Assembly (NCBI GenBank): GCA_963733915.1
Contig: CAVTEP010000001.1
Location: 671,710 to 735,709 of the forward strand
Source: Candidatus Sulfomarinibacteraceae bacterium
GTDB taxonomy: Bacteria > Acidobacteriota > Thermoanaerobaculia > Thermoanaerobaculales > Sulfomarinibacteraceae
Reading direction: 5' to 3'
Length of the DNA stretch: 64,000 bases
Shown: positions 45,195 through 56,069 of the stretch, piece by piece
Layout: the number at the start of each line of letters is the position of its first letter
Numbering within the stretch: the first letter of the stretch is position 1
The notes under the pieces: generated by a model
Database searches by the model: none
What the model was told of the DNA's origin: nothing
What the model saw: the letters and a program-made list of their open reading frames with translations, nothing else
Translations under genes and position numbers: made by a program

Positions 45195-46238
45195 TCAGGC
45201 ACGCATGCTCTTCGCCGTGATCTCGATCGCTCGCGCGATGTCCTCATCGCTAATGTGATAGTGCGTCACCATCCGGATGCTGTCGCCCCCGAGGGGGTGA
45301 CAGAGCACGCCGTCGCCGGCGAGGCGTGAGGCAAGCGCTGCGGCGTCCAAATCTGAGCTTGGTGCCAGCGAAAAGAAGACGATGTTGGTTTCGACCGTGT
45401 CCGGGTCGAGGACCACGCCGGGGATCTCGGCCAGCCCGACGGCGAGCTCGTGCGCACGACGATTGTCCTCACCGAGCAGGGGCAGCACCTCCTCGAGCGC
45501 CACCAACCCGGCGGCGGCGATGACCCCGACCTGGCGCATGCCGCCACCGAACATCTTGCGGATGCGGCGCGCCTCGATGATGGCGTCGGCGTCGCCGACG
45601 AGGAGTGAACCGACCGGTGCGCCGAGCCCCTTGGAAAGACAGAACATGATTGTGTCGCAGCCGGCGCCGAGCTCGGCCGCCGAGACGCCGAGCGCCGCCG
45701 CCGCGTTGTGGATTCGGGCCCCGTCGAGGTGAACCGGAAGGTGGTGACGACGGGCAACGCCGATAAGCTCGTTCATCCGAGCCGGCGGTGTGACGTGACC
45801 GCCGGCGAGGTTGTGGCTGTTTTCGAGGACCACCAGCGAAGTCGGCGTCCGGTATCCGGTCCGAGGCTGAATCGCTCTCTCCAACTGCTCCGGGCTGATG
45901 ATTCCGTCGTCGGTCGGGATCGGACGTGGGAGAGCCCCGGAAAGGGCCGCCATCGCGCCCATCTCGAAGTTGAACACGTGGGCGCCCGCCTCTCCGACCA
46001 CCTCTGATCCGGGGTGGGTGTGGAGGTGGATGGCGATTTGATTGCCCATCGTGCCGGTCGGTACGAAGACTGCCGCCTCTCGCCCCATGAGCTCCGCAGC
46101 CCGCTCCTCAAGGCGGTTGACGGTCGGATCCTCGCCGTAGACATCGTCACCGACCTCGGCCCTCGACATGGCCCGGCGCATGCTGTCCGTGGGATGTGTT
46201 ACCGTGTCGGATCGCAAGTCGATCAGGGGTTTGTTCAT
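45195..46238 (-). CDS. ltaE: Low-specificity L-threonine aldolase (PLP-dependent)
   Basis: [19 protein letters not shown]...[16 protein letters not shown]...[13 protein letters not shown]...[12 protein letters not shown]. Confidence 0.9.
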   Translation of the reverse strand: MNKPLIDLRSDTVTHPTDSMRRAMSRAEVGDDVYGEDPTVNRLEERAAELMGREAAVFVPTGTMGNQIAIHLHTHPGSEVVGEAGAHVFNFEMGAMAALSGALPRPIPTDDGIISPEQLERAIQPRTGYRTPTSLVVLENSHNLAGGHVTPPARMNELIGVARRHHLPVHLDGARIHNAAAALGVSAAELGAGCDTIMFCLSKGLGAPVGSLLVGDADAIIEARRIRKMFGGGMRQVGVIAAAGLVALEEVLPLLGEDNRRAHELAVGLAEIPGVVLDPDTVETNIVFFSLAPSSDLDAAALASRLAGDGVLCHPLGGDSIRMVTHYHISDEDIARAIEITAKSMRA

Positions 46239-46301
46239 GCCGATATTCTACCCGTTCGTTCGACTTGACTTCTCGCGAGAGCAAAGTTAGGATTCGTTCT
46301 C

Positions 46302-46970
46302 ATGAATGAAGACAAGTCCAATGATATCTTCATTTTCCCAAAATGGACCTGGATACTGCGACCCGCTGTGGCGGTCGGTGCGGTGGGTGGTCTGTTGTAT
46401 GCGACGGTGGTCGTGGCCTTCGGGTTTTCGCCGCTGGCGACGGATGTCGGCTATGCCCCCGTCCAGCCGGTTCCCTACAGTCACGCCCTCCACGTAGGGC
46501 AGCTGGGCATGGACTGCCGGTATTGCCACGACACCGTCGAGCACACCGCCCGCGCGTCTGTCCCTCCCACTCAGACCTGTATGAACTGCCACAAGACGGT
46601 GCGCGCCAACTCGGAGAAGCTGATTCCCGTCTTTGAGAGCTATTCGACCGGTATGCCGGTCGAATGGATCCGGGTCCACGATCTGCCCGACTACGTCTAC
46701 TTCAACCACTCGGCGCACGTGAGCCGCGGCGTCGGCTGCGTCTCGTGCCACGGCCGCATCGACACGATGGAGGTCGTGACCCAGGTCAAGCCGCTCAGCA
46801 TGGGTTGGTGCCTCGACTGCCACCGCAATCCCGAGCGCCACCTGAGGCCGGTCGACTCTGTATTCCAGCTCGATTGGGTACCGGAGGAGGACCAGCTCGC
46901 CCTGGGTACGAGGCTCCGGAAGACCAACGACATCAATCCATCGCAGGACTGCAACACATGCCATCGATGA
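46302..46970 (+). CDS. actA: Alternative complex III subunit ActA (pentaheme cytochrome c)
   Basis: Five CxxCH motifs (CRYCH, CMNCH, CVSCH, CLDCH, CNTCH) and an N-terminal TM. First gene of the actABCDEF cluster. Confidence 0.88.
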   Translation: MNEDKSNDIFIFPKWTWILRPAVAVGAVGGLLYATVVVAFGFSPLATDVGYAPVQPVPYSHALHVGQLGMDCRYCHDTVEHTARASVPPTQTCMNCHKTVRANSEKLIPVFESYSTGMPVEWIRVHDLPDYVYFNHSAHVSRGVGCVSCHGRIDTMEVVTQVKPLSMGWCLDCHRNPERHLRPVDSVFQLDWVPEEDQLALGTRLRKTNDINPSQDCNTCHR

Positions 46971-49900
46971 TGAATCCAAACTCGAACGGAGTGAAGTATT
47001 GGCGGAGTCTCGACGAGCTTGCGCAGACCCCCGAGTTTCGGCAGGCCGTGCAGCGAGAGTTTCCCGGTGATGATTGGGACCGGCTGCCCCCGGCGACGCG
47101 CCGCCAGTTCCTCAAGGTCATGGGCGCCTCGATGGCGATGGCCGGGTTGACGGCCTGTCGCTGGCCGGCGGAGGAGATCGTCCCCTTTGCACACCGCCCC
47201 GAGGGACGGACGCCGGGCGTGCCCGAGCACTACGCGACCTCCATCGAGCTCGCTGGCGTCGCGCTCGGAATGCTCGTGACCTCATTCGACGGCCGCCCGA
47301 TCAAGGCCGAGGGCAATCCGATGCATCCGGACAGCCTCGGAGCGCTGTCCGCGATCGCTCAGGCCAATGTCCTCCAGCTCTATGACCCGGATCGCAGCCG
47401 GCGGCTCCTGCTGCGCGAGAACGGCCAGCAGTTCGTCAAGGAGTGGGTCGACTTCGAGGCCGCCGCCGCCGAGCTCTTCGCGGGAAACGGCGCGGGTGTC
47501 GCGGTGCTGGCGCAGGCTTCGTCATCTCCGACCCGGGCGCGAATTCGCGACCGGTTTTTGAGCAGCAATCCGGAGGCTCGCTGGTACGAGTACGAAGCGG
47601 TGTCGAGGGACAACGAGCGGGAAGGCATGCGCATGACCTTCGGTTCGGCAATGCGGGTGAACCCTCACCTGGAGAAGGCGGGTGTCGTCGCCTGCTTCGA
47701 TGCCGACCCGCTCTTCGACCACCCTTCGTCGCTGCGGCTGGCGCGCGAGCTTGCGGCGGCACGCAACCCCGAATCGGGCAGCGGAGCGCGCCTCTACGTC
47801 GCCGAAAACAGCTTCAGCCTGACCGGCGTTCGCGCCGACCACCGGGTGGCGGTGGCGGCGGCGCGGGTCCCGGCCGTGCTGGCCCTGGTGACCCACCTGC
47901 TCGTCGCCGAACACGGTCTCGATCTGCCGGCCGCGGCGGCCGGGTACGCCGGTGCGAGCTCTCAGACGGCCTCCGATGCCGAACAACGGTTTGCCGAGCG
48001 CGTCGCCGAAGACCTCGTCTCTGGGCGGGGTTCGGGATTGATCCTGGTCGGCCCGCGTCAGGCGCCGGCCGTCCACGCCCTCGCGGCGGTGCTCAACGAG
48101 GCGCTCGGGGCGTCCGGTTCCACCGTGACCTACACCGTCGCGCCCGATCCCGACAGGCCGACCCATATGGAGGCCATCACCGCCCTCGGGTCCTCGCTCC
48201 GCGCCGGATCGGTCCAGACCTTGCTGATGCTGGGCGGCAACCCGGCCTATGACGCGCCTGCCGAGATCGAGTTTGGCGAGCTCCTGGCCCGGGTGCCGGT
48301 GTCGATCCACCTCAGCCTGTACGACGACGAGACCTCGCAGCTTTGCACCTGGCATCTGCCGCAGACGCACGGCCTCGAAGCGTGGGGCGATGGCGCCGGC
48401 TGGGACGGCACTCTGACCATGAGGCAGCCGCTCATCCAGCCGCTCTACGGCGGTCGCTCTCAAATCGAGGTGTTGGCGCTCGCGGCCGGTCTGAGCTCGT
48501 CCTCCGGTTACGAGCTGGTGCGCGAGAACTTGCGCGCCGAAGTGTCTGACGGCGATTTCGAGAATTCGTGGCGGCAGGCAATCCACGACGGCGTCGTCGT
48601 CGGCAGTGCCCCGGCACCGGCGGCCCCCAGGCTCGAGCCGGGCCGTCTCGCAGTGGCGGTGAGCGCACTTCGGTCGCTACTCGACGAAGACTCTCCCGGG
48701 ATCGATCGCCCCGAGCTCGTGCTGACCGCCGATTCGCGGGTCTGGGACGGACGATTCGCCAACAACGGTTGGCTGCAGGAGCTCCCGGACGCCCTGAGCA
48801 AGATCACCTGGGACAACGCGCTCCTGATTTCTCCGGCCACGGCGCGCGAGATCGGCATCGATGACGGCGAGGTGGTGGAGGTCGAGGCCAACGGGCGGGC
48901 GATCGAGTTGCCGGCCTACGTTCTTCCCGGCCAGGCACACGCCAGCGTGACGGTCGCCCTCGGGTACGGTCGAACGGCCGCCGGGCAGGTCGGCAACGGC
49001 GTCGGCGTGAACGCGTACCCGCTGCGGACGGCAAACGACCCGTCCATCCAGTCCGGAGTGAGGCTTCGCGGAACCGGCCGCACCTACAAACTGGCAACAA
49101 CCCAGGATCACTTCGCGATCGATACCCTGGGCTTCCAGGAACGAAACCGCCGGGTCGGGGATCTCGTCCGTGAGGCCTCGTTGGACGCCTACCTGGCAAA
49201 CCCCGGTGTTTTCCACGAGCACGATCACCACCCCCCTCTCGCGTCATTGTGGAAGGACCACGAGTACGAGGGCGAGCAGTGGGGCATGGCCATCGACCTC
49301 AACACCTGCATCGGCTGCAACGCCTGTGTCGTCGCCTGTCAGGCGGAGAATAACATCCCGATCGTGGGCCGCGAGCAGGTCCTCAACCAACGCGAAATGC
49401 AGTGGATCCGGATCGACCGGTACTTCAAAACCAGACCGGACGTCGCGGCTGACGAGGTGGACGGGGCCGAGGTGGCCTTCCAGCCGATGACCTGCGTCCA
49501 TTGCGAAAACGCGCCGTGTGAGCAGGTGTGCCCGGTGGCAGCCACCCAACACACCGTCGACGGCCTCAACGCCATGGTCTACAACCGTTGCGTCGGCACC
49601 CGGTACTGCTCCAACAACTGTCCGTTCAAGGTCAGACGTTTCAACTTCTTCAACTACCACAAGAAGCTCGAAGACACCACCAAGATGCAGTTCAATCCGG
49701 AGGTCACGGTACGGTCGCGCGGCGTGATGGAAAAGTGCACTTTCTGCGTGCAACGGATCCAGGCGGTTCGGATTGCGGCCGGCAACGAGCGCCGGCCGAT
49801 TGCCGACGGCGAAATCGTGCCCGCCTGCGCGCAGACCTGTCCGACCCGCGCAATAACCTTCGGGAACCTCAACGACTCCTCGAGCGAGGTCTCGAGGTCG

Positions 49901-50059
49901 CGTGAGGAGCCGCGCTCCTACGCCAGCCTGGCCGAGCTCAACATCAGGCCCCGCACCCACTATCTCGGACGGTTGCGCAATCGGGCCGACGGCGATGGTC
50001 CGTCGGGTCATGGCCGGCCGGACGCCGCCGCCGACGCCCACGGGAAGGAGTCGGCCTGA
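46958..50059 (+). CDS. actB: Alternative complex III subunit ActB (molybdopterin-oxidoreductase-like domain fused to 4Fe-4S ferredoxin domain), TAT signal
   Basis: ORF track 46664..50059. The ATG at 46958 (or 46967, ATGA overlap) gives [21 protein letters not shown]...[19 protein letters not shown]. The C-terminal part has four Cys clusters: [42 protein letters not shown]...CAQTCP. Confidence 0.9.
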   Translation: MPSMMNPNSNGVKYWRSLDELAQTPEFRQAVQREFPGDDWDRLPPATRRQFLKVMGASMAMAGLTACRWPAEEIVPFAHRPEGRTPGVPEHYATSIELAGVALGMLVTSFDGRPIKAEGNPMHPDSLGALSAIAQANVLQLYDPDRSRRLLLRENGQQFVKEWVDFEAAAAELFAGNGAGVAVLAQASSSPTRARIRDRFLSSNPEARWYEYEAVSRDNEREGMRMTFGSAMRVNPHLEKAGVVACFDADPLFDHPSSLRLARELAAARNPESGSGARLYVAENSFSLTGVRADHRVAVAAARVPAVLALVTHLLVAEHGLDLPAAAAGYAGASSQTASDAEQRFAERVAEDLVSGRGSGLILVGPRQAPAVHALAAVLNEALGASGSTVTYTVAPDPDRPTHMEAITALGSSLRAGSVQTLLMLGGNPAYDAPAEIEFGELLARVPVSIHLSLYDDETSQLCTWHLPQTHGLEAWGDGAGWDGTLTMRQPLIQPLYGGRSQIEVLALAAGLSSSSGYELVRENLRAEVSDGDFENSWRQAIHDGVVVGSAPAPAAPRLEPGRLAVAVSALRSLLDEDSPGIDRPELVLTADSRVWDGRFANNGWLQELPDALSKITWDNALLISPATAREIGIDDGEVVEVEANGRAIELPAYVLPGQAHASVTVALGYGRTAAGQVGNGVGVNAYPLRTANDPSIQSGVRLRGTGRTYKLATTQDHFAIDTLGFQERNRRVGDLVREASLDAYLANPGVFHEHDHHPPLASLWKDHEYEGEQWGMAIDLNTCIGCNACVVACQAENNIPIVGREQVLNQREMQWIRIDRYFKTRPDVAADEVDGAEVAFQPMTCVHCENAPCEQVCPVAATQHTVDGLNAMVYNRCVGTRYCSNNCPFKVRRFNFFNYHKKLEDTTKMQFNPEVTVRSRGVMEKCTFCVQRIQAVRIAAGNERRPIADGEIVPACAQTCPTRAITFGNLNDSSSEVSRSREEPRSYASLAELNIRPRTHYLGRLRNRADGDGPSGHGRPDAAADAHGKESA

Positions 50060-50060
50060 A

Positions 50061-51518
50061 ATGAGCACGACCGCCATCGACTCTATGCGCTATCTCGACA
50101 ACACCGGCGACGACCCCGCGATTCGGGCGCGGCTTGTGGTCGGTGACAATGACTTCCACTCGGTCACCGAAAAAGTGTGCGGCATCGTCGAGCTGAAAAA
50201 GACTCCGAAGCTGTGGTGGATTGCTTTTGCAATCTCCTCGAGTCTGACCCTCGTCCTCTTCGCGATGATCGGATACCTGATCACGACCGGCATCGGAGTC
50301 TGGGGCCTGAACATCCCGGTCGGTTGGGGTTACGCGATCGTCAACTTCGTGTTCTGGGTCGGCATCGGTCACGCAGGAACCCTGATTTCGGCCATCCTCT
50401 TCCTGCTTCGCCAACGCTGGCGCACCAGCATCAACCGGTTTGCCGAGGCGATGACCATCTTCGCGGTCATCTGCGCCGGGATCTTCCCGGGCATCCACGT
50501 CGGCCGGGTCTGGCTCGCCTACTGGCTCTTCCCGATTCCCAATCAGATGTCGATGTGGCCGAACTTCCGCTCGCCGCTGTTGTGGGACGTGTTCGCGGTT
50601 GGCACCTACGCCACGGTCTCGCTGCTCTTCTGGTACATGGGCATGATCCCCGACCTCGCGACTATCCGCGATCGCGCGAAGACCAGGCTGCGATTCTATA
50701 TCTACGGATTCTTGAGTCTCGGCTGGCGGTCATCGAACCGGCACTGGCACCGTTTCGAGTTCGCCTACCTGCTTCTCGCCTCACTCGCCACCCCGCTCGT
50801 GCTGTCCGTGCACTCGGTCGTGAGCTTTGATTTCGCTGTCTCCATCATGCCCGGGTGGCACACGACCATCTTCCCGCCGTACTTTGTCGCGGGCGCCATC
50901 TTCTCCGGCTTTGCGATGGTGGTGACCCTCATCATCCCGACCCGCAAGGCCTTTGGTCTCGAGGAGATCATCACCGCGCGCCACCTCGAGAACATGGCCA
51001 AGATCATGCTCGCTACCGGCATGATGGTCGGCTTCGCGTACTCGACCGAGTTCTTTATCGCGTGGTACTCGGGAAACACCTATGAGGCCTTCACCTTCTT
51101 GAACCGGGCCTTCGGTCCGTACGCGTGGGCTTACTGGACCATGGTCACATGCAACGTGATCGTGCCGCAGATCTTCTGGTTCAGGAAGCTGCGCAACAAG
51201 ACGGTCGTTCTCTGGGTCGCCTCGGTGCTGATCAACGTCGGGATGTGGTTCGAACGCTTCGTGATCGTCGTCAGCTCGCTGAGCCGTGACTACCTGCCCT
51301 CGAGTTGGGGCTACTACCGGCCGACTGCAGTCGACGTTTTGACCTTTGTCGGCAGCTTCGGCCTCTTCTTTACGCTCTTCCTGCTCTTTGTCCGATTCCT
51401 GCCGATGATCGGTATGGCGGAGGTCAAGGGAGTGATGCCGCAGGCCCATCTCGACCGGCCCGGCCATCGCGGCCACGGCGACTACCACGGTGACATCGCC
51501 GGTGTGGAGGTGGTGTGA
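50061..51518 (+). CDS. actC: Alternative complex III subunit ActC (NrfD/PsrC-like quinol-binding membrane subunit)
   Basis: The ATG at 50061 follows GGAAGGAG. About 10 TM segments. [35 protein letters not shown] is typical of the NrfD family. Confidence 0.88.
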   Translation: MSTTAIDSMRYLDNTGDDPAIRARLVVGDNDFHSVTEKVCGIVELKKTPKLWWIAFAISSSLTLVLFAMIGYLITTGIGVWGLNIPVGWGYAIVNFVFWVGIGHAGTLISAILFLLRQRWRTSINRFAEAMTIFAVICAGIFPGIHVGRVWLAYWLFPIPNQMSMWPNFRSPLLWDVFAVGTYATVSLLFWYMGMIPDLATIRDRAKTRLRFYIYGFLSLGWRSSNRHWHRFEFAYLLLASLATPLVLSVHSVVSFDFAVSIMPGWHTTIFPPYFVAGAIFSGFAMVVTLIIPTRKAFGLEEIITARHLENMAKIMLATGMMVGFAYSTEFFIAWYSGNTYEAFTFLNRAFGPYAWAYWTMVTCNVIVPQIFWFRKLRNKTVVLWVASVLINVGMWFERFVIVVSSLSRDYLPSSWGYYRPTAVDVLTFVGSFGLFFTLFLLFVRFLPMIGMAEVKGVMPQAHLDRPGHRGHGDYHGDIAGVEVV

Positions 51519-52084
51519 TGAGCGGCCAGAAGATGAACTCCGGGGCTGGGCCGGGCCTCTACGCCTACCTGGTGACCTTCGACAAGGTGGACGAACTGCT
51601 TGTTGCTGCCGCCAGGGTTCGCGATGCGGGATATACGCGTTGGGATGCCCACACACCATTCGTTATTCACGGACTCGACGCCGCGATGGGGATCAAGAAA
51701 ACCGTTCTGCCGTACATCGTGTTTGCAGCCGGTCTGACCGGCACTGCGGCCGGGATCCTCCTGCAGTGGTGGACCAACGCTGTCGACTACCCATTCCTGA
51801 TCAGCGGCAAGCCGCTCTTCAGCCTGCCAGCCAATATCCCGGTCGCCTTCGAGACGACCATTCTTTTCGCCGCCCTCAGCGCGTTGATCGGCATGCTCGC
51901 GTTGAATGGGTTGCCGCAGCTCTCGCATCCACTGTTCCAGAACAGATCGTTCAAACACGCCACCGATGATCGGTTTCTCATCTCCATCGAAGCCGCGGAC
52001 CCGCTGTTTGACCGGGTCGAGACGCGCGAGCTCTTGGAGGCATTGTCGGGTGGGGCGGTTGAAGAAGTCGAGGTGCTGCCGTGA
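51515..52084 (+). CDS. actD: Alternative complex III subunit ActD (DUF3341)
   Basis: [45 protein letters not shown] followed by two TM segments. The start overlaps the actC stop. Confidence 0.82.
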   Translation: MMSGQKMNSGAGPGLYAYLVTFDKVDELLVAAARVRDAGYTRWDAHTPFVIHGLDAAMGIKKTVLPYIVFAAGLTGTAAGILLQWWTNAVDYPFLISGKPLFSLPANIPVAFETTILFAALSALIGMLALNGLPQLSHPLFQNRSFKHATDDRFLISIEAADPLFDRVETRELLEALSGGAVEEVEVLP

Positions 52085-52729
52085 GGGTCCCGCGCTGGAT
52101 CCTGTTCACCGTGGCCGTCCTGGTGGTCCTTTCGTGGGTCCCTCTGGCGTTGATCATGCGCGCGCGGGTCACGACCTCGCCGACGCCCCGAATCCACGTC
52201 ATCCCCGACATGGACAATCAACCGAAATTCCGAACACAGGCGCGCAATCCGATGTTCGCCGACCGCCGTGCGATGCGGCCGCCGGTGGAGGGTACGGTTC
52301 CACGCGGCGGAGTTTTTGGGAGCGCCGGAACTGACGACCGGAAGGGTTGGTGAGTCGTGGGTCGATGCGATCCCGGTCGGGGTCGACGGCGCGTTCGTCA
52401 GACGGGGTCGCGAGCGCTACGACATCTATTGCTCGCCGTGCCACGGTCTGGCCGGGTTCGGCGACGGCATGGTGGCCAAGAGGGCGGATGAGTTGCTCGA
52501 GGGGACGTGGACCCCTCCGAGCTCATTGCACACGGATCTCATCCGCGGACGGCCCGCGGGGCATATCTTCAACACCATTTCGAACGGTATCCGCAACATG
52601 CCGGCCTATGGTCCCCAGATCCCGGTCGAGGACCGGTGGGCGATCGTCGCCTACGTGAGGGCGCTGCAGCGGAGCCAGAACGCGACCGTCGACGACGTCC
52701 CGCCCGACATCCGGGCGCAACTGCGATAG
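52081..52729 (+). pseudogene. actE: Alternative complex III subunit ActE (monoheme cytochrome c), interrupted by one +1 shift as sequenced
   Basis: ORFs 52081..52353 (TM plus IHVIPDMDNQPKFRTQARNPMFADRRAMRPPVEGTVPRG) and 52268..52729 (RGRERYDIYCSPCHGLAGFGDG...NMPAYG) join at ~52306-52312 (cgcggcGgagttt). Joined length is ~216 aa with a single CxxCH. Confidence 0.8.
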
Positions 52730-52739
52730 CGAGGCTCAC

Positions 52740-53951
52740 ATGCAGGGCACCGTACTCGACATCACCACCGAAACGCGACACCTGGACGGAGTCGTACGTC
52801 CCGCGCTGATCATCTGCGCGGTTCTCGCGGTCGTCGGCATCGGCGGTTCTCTTCTGCTCGCCAACGGTACCGAGGGTGGGATGGACTACCTGCTCGAGAC
52901 CTACCTGGTGAGCTTCGCCTTCTTCCTCAGCATCTCCCTCGGGGCGCTCTTCTTCGTCCTCCTCCAGCACTGCACGCGGGCCGGCTGGAGCGTCGTCGTC
53001 CGGCGGGTGGCCGAGGCGATGGCGGCAAACGTCTGGCTGATGGCAATCCTCGCAATCCCGGTGGTTTTCGGAATGGACCATCTCTACCATTGGGCGGAGG
53101 CCGGGGCCGCAGCCCACGACCCGCTCTTGGCCGCCAAGGTGGGATTTCTCAACCCGACCTTCTTCCTGATCCGGCTCGTCATCTACTTCGCGATCTGGGG
53201 CGTGATGGCGAGCTTCCTGCACCGTACGTCGGTGGCTCAGGATGCCAGCGGCGACCCCTCGCTGACCTTGCGCATGGAACGCCTGAGCGCGCCGGGAATG
53301 GTGCTCTTCGCCCTCAGCCTCAATTTCGCCGCCTTCGATCTCTTGATGTCGCTCGACCCACACTGGTTTTCGACCATTTTCGGGGTCTACTACTTCGCCT
53401 CCTCGGTGGTGGTCTTTCTGGCGGTGATGCCGAAAATTCTGTATGCGCTGCAGGCCCGCGGAGTCCTCAAGAACGCGGTGACCGTCGAGCACTATCACGA
53501 TGTGGGCAAGCTGCTCTTCGGCTTCATCGTCTTCTGGGCGTACATCGCCTTCTCCCAGTACATGCTCATCTGGTACGGGAATATCCCGGAAGAGACCGAG
53601 TGGTTCCTCAAACGGCAGACCGGCGGCTGGACGACGGTGGGCCTGATCCTGATTTTCGGGCACTTCCTGGTCCCGTTTCTGCTCCTCGTCTCGCGGAAGA
53701 TCAAACGCCGCCCGCTCCTGCTCGCCGTTACCGGTGGCTACGTGGCGGTGATGTGCTGGATCGACATCTACTGGCTGGTGATCCCCGAGTTCAGCCCAGG
53801 CGTCGCCCGCTTCGGTCTCCTCGACGTGCTCTGCCTTTTGGGCATGAACGGCGTCTATTCGGCGGCCGTCATCCTCCGTCTCAGAAAACACTCGGTGGTC
53901 GCGGAAAAAGACCCACGGCTCGAAGAGTCGCTGGTATTCGAGAACGCCTGA
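52740..53951 (+). CDS. actF: Alternative complex III subunit ActF (second NrfD-like membrane subunit)
   Basis: 403 aa with about 10 TM segments, in the conserved position after actE. LIWYGNIPEETEWF motif. Confidence 0.82.
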   Translation: MQGTVLDITTETRHLDGVVRPALIICAVLAVVGIGGSLLLANGTEGGMDYLLETYLVSFAFFLSISLGALFFVLLQHCTRAGWSVVVRRVAEAMAANVWLMAILAIPVVFGMDHLYHWAEAGAAAHDPLLAAKVGFLNPTFFLIRLVIYFAIWGVMASFLHRTSVAQDASGDPSLTLRMERLSAPGMVLFALSLNFAAFDLLMSLDPHWFSTIFGVYYFASSVVVFLAVMPKILYALQARGVLKNAVTVEHYHDVGKLLFGFIVFWAYIAFSQYMLIWYGNIPEETEWFLKRQTGGWTTVGLILIFGHFLVPFLLLVSRKIKRRPLLLAVTGGYVAVMCWIDIYWLVIPEFSPGVARFGLLDVLCLLGMNGVYSAAVILRLRKHSVVAEKDPRLEESLVFENA

Positions 53952-53954
53952 AAT

Positions 53955-54059
53955 GAATTCTCAATTCTCAATTCTCAATTTTGAATTACCCATTCTCACC
54001 GGAAAAATCGGGGAGGATGGAAGGGAATTGAGAACTGAGAATTCAAAACTGAGAACTGG
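53955..54059. repeat. E19: STR-armed GC-clamped hairpin, GAATTCT/CAATTCT-type arms, directly after actF
   Basis: Left arm gaattctcaattctcaattctcaattttgaatt (53955-53987). Core acccattctcacc..ggaaaaatc..ggggaggatggaaggg. Right arm aattgagaactgagaattcaaaactgagaactgg (54026-54059). Confidence 0.88.
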
Positions 54060-54067
54060 AGTTTCCG

Positions 54068-54349
54068 TTGCGTTATGACGATCCAAACGTCGCTGCCTCG
54101 GCCGTGGTCGGCATTATTTCGGCAATCCTCCTGTTCGTGATCATCGTCGTCCTCCAGGCTTATTTCTATGAGGCGGAGCAGAACGAGCTCGAAAAAAAGG
54201 TCTACACCCAGCCATATCAGGCCCTGCAGCAGCTCGACGCCAACCAGATCGAGCTTCTCAACAGTTATGGCTGGGTGAGCGAGGCGGACGGCGTTGTCCA
54301 CGTGCCGATCGAACGCGCGATGGAGCTTATCGCGGCCGAACAGAGATGA
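54068..54349 (+). CDS. Small single-TM membrane protein (hypothetical; occupies an ActG-like position after actF)
   Basis: TTG start, 93 aa. TM segment AASAVVGIISAILLFVIIVVLQAYF, then a soluble tail ...LLNSYGWVSEADGVVHVPIERAMELI. It is bracketed by repeat elements E19 and E20. The ActG-like label rests on position only. Confidence 0.45.
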   Translation: MRYDDPNVAASAVVGIISAILLFVIIVVLQAYFYEAEQNELEKKVYTQPYQALQQLDANQIELLNSYGWVSEADGVVHVPIERAMELIAAEQR

Positions 54350-54382
54350 TTTGCCGATATCAAAGGCGATGGGTTCGGCCGC

Positions 54383-54532
54383 GAATTCTGAATTAGGAAT
54401 TGGGAACTCCCATCCGCCCCCCCAGTGAAATCGTCCTGTTCAGGGGGTGGGAGGGCGGCATTCCTAATTCCTCATTCCTAATTCCTAACTCCTGACTCCT
54501 CTTTGCTCATTCTTCCCCCTAATTCCTCATCC
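54383..54532. repeat. E20: STR-armed GC-clamped hairpin, GAATTAGG-type arms (right arm longer than left)
   Basis: Left arm gaattctgaattaggaattgggaact (54383-54408). Core cccatccgccccccc..loop..gggggtgggagggcgg (54443-54458). Right arm cattcctaattcctcattcctaattcctaactcctgactcc (54459-54499), plus ctaattcctcatcc (54519-54532). Confidence 0.85.
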
Positions 54533-54795
54533 TTGAGATTCTTCTCAGGTCGGTACGTCTGTTCCAGAACGGGATGGCTTGAACCAGCGCCGGCGACGTC
54601 CTACCTCGATGAATATTGGTATCGATCTTGCGTCTACCAATGCGGGGGCGGCTGCTCACCCGGGAACGGGCGGGAGGGGAGACCGGGTATCGAGCAAAAC
54701 CAGCCAGCCCACCACGGATCGGAAACGGAGGGTCGATCGTGACTGGCAGGGGCGGAAACACCACCGGCATCGGGCCTTCGAGAACGGAGTGAGCC

Positions 54796-56043
54796 ATGGC
54801 GCTCGTCGGCCGTCTCGAAGATTTGCCGCTCGCCGAGATCTTCCAGGTGCTGTCGTTGTTCCGGAAGTCGGGCAAGCTGACCCTCAGCCGAGGTGAAACC
54901 ACCGGTGTGTTCCTGTTCAACGCCGGCAAGGTTTTTCATGCCAGCAATGGGTTTTCGGCGCCTTCGGTCGGAGAGTTTCTGGTCAGCAGGAAGCTGATCA
55001 CCGAGGAGACCCTCAACGCGGCCCTCGCCACCCAACGGCTGTCGGACGAGCGCAAAAAGCTCGGTGCGATCCTCGTCGAGATGGGCGCCATCTCGCACGA
55101 TGCGCTGCAGAAGGTGCTGCGCGACCAGATGCAGGACATCGCCTTCGAGTTCTTGCGCTGGGATTCCGGGTTTTTCAACTTCAAGGCCATTGAGGGCCAC
55201 GTTGACCCGGACAAGATATTCGAAGACGACGATGCGAAGCTCACCGAGGTGGTCAATGTCGATCCGTTTGTCCTCGACCTCCTGACCAAGGTGGACGAGG
55301 TGGGCGGCACCGGAACGGTGCGGCCGGTGCCGCGAAAGGGGGCGGACGGCCCCTTCGACGACGCCACCGTGAGCACGATCCGTGAGCTCCTCGATTACAT
55401 CGTGGAGCCGGGAAACAGCGTGTACCGGAGTGATCCAGCCGATGTCGTGACCGAATGGCCGTCAGACCTCGCCGAGTTGAGAAAGCTGATGACCGAGATC
55501 CAGACTCGACCCAACGCCACGCTGGGCGAGATCGCACTCCTGATCCTACGTTACGCGACCCGGGTCGTGAATCGTGGAGCGCTGTTCGGTGTGTCGTCAG
55601 AGGGGATCTCGGGGATCGGTCAGTTCGGGATCGGCAGGGGCGACGATCTGGTGCCGAAGGTCGACAGGCGGGTTCGTCAGATTCATATTCCCACCACCGA
55701 GCCGTCGGTATTCACCAGTGTCATCGAACGGAAGACCACCTACCACGGACGTCTCGACAGGTGTCCCTGGAACAACTACCTGGTCGATCAGCTCGGTGGA
55801 ACGGTGCCGCCGGAGGTCGTCGTAACGCCGATCGTCGTCAAGGGTGCGGTCTCGGCGGTGTTCTACGGCGACAACCTGCCCGGAGGTCATCCGATCACGT
55901 CGATCCATGGCCTCGAGCTGCTGATGATCGAGGCCGGGCTGGCGATCGAGCGAAACGTGCTTGCAGAAAAACTGAGTTGGCTTCAACAGACGCTGGCGGC
56001 GATCACCGGCGGCAGCGACGATGATCGGGGCGAGGGCGAATAA
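54796..56043 (+). CDS. DUF4388 domain-containing protein
   Basis: The N-terminus MALVGRLEDLPLAEIFQVLSLFRKSGKLTLSRGETTGVFLFNAGKVFHA is the DUF4388 signature. Confidence 0.75.
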   Translation: MALVGRLEDLPLAEIFQVLSLFRKSGKLTLSRGETTGVFLFNAGKVFHASNGFSAPSVGEFLVSRKLITEETLNAALATQRLSDERKKLGAILVEMGAISHDALQKVLRDQMQDIAFEFLRWDSGFFNFKAIEGHVDPDKIFEDDDAKLTEVVNVDPFVLDLLTKVDEVGGTGTVRPVPRKGADGPFDDATVSTIRELLDYIVEPGNSVYRSDPADVVTEWPSDLAELRKLMTEIQTRPNATLGEIALLILRYATRVVNRGALFGVSSEGISGIGQFGIGRGDDLVPKVDRRVRQIHIPTTEPSVFTSVIERKTTYHGRLDRCPWNNYLVDQLGGTVPPEVVVTPIVVKGAVSAVFYGDNLPGGHPITSIHGLELLMIEAGLAIERNVLAEKLSWLQQTLAAITGGSDDDRGEGE

Positions 56044-56069
56044 CCACGAGGCCGGTCATACCTGAGTGT

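Noticed and set aside
46264-46292. Sigma-70-like promoter TTGACT-17 nt-TAGGAT upstream of actA
   Set aside because: It would place the transcription start only ~3-5 nt before the ATG, and the putative -10 overlaps what may be the ribosome-binding AGGA. Support is too weak to report as a feature.
54533-54795. Cobalamin or other riboswitch upstream of the DUF4388 gene
   Set aside because: There is only a vague resemblance (ggagaccggg) to a B12-box, other conserved riboswitch elements were not found, and the downstream gene is unrelated to cobalamin. Kept only as a generic long-leader observation.
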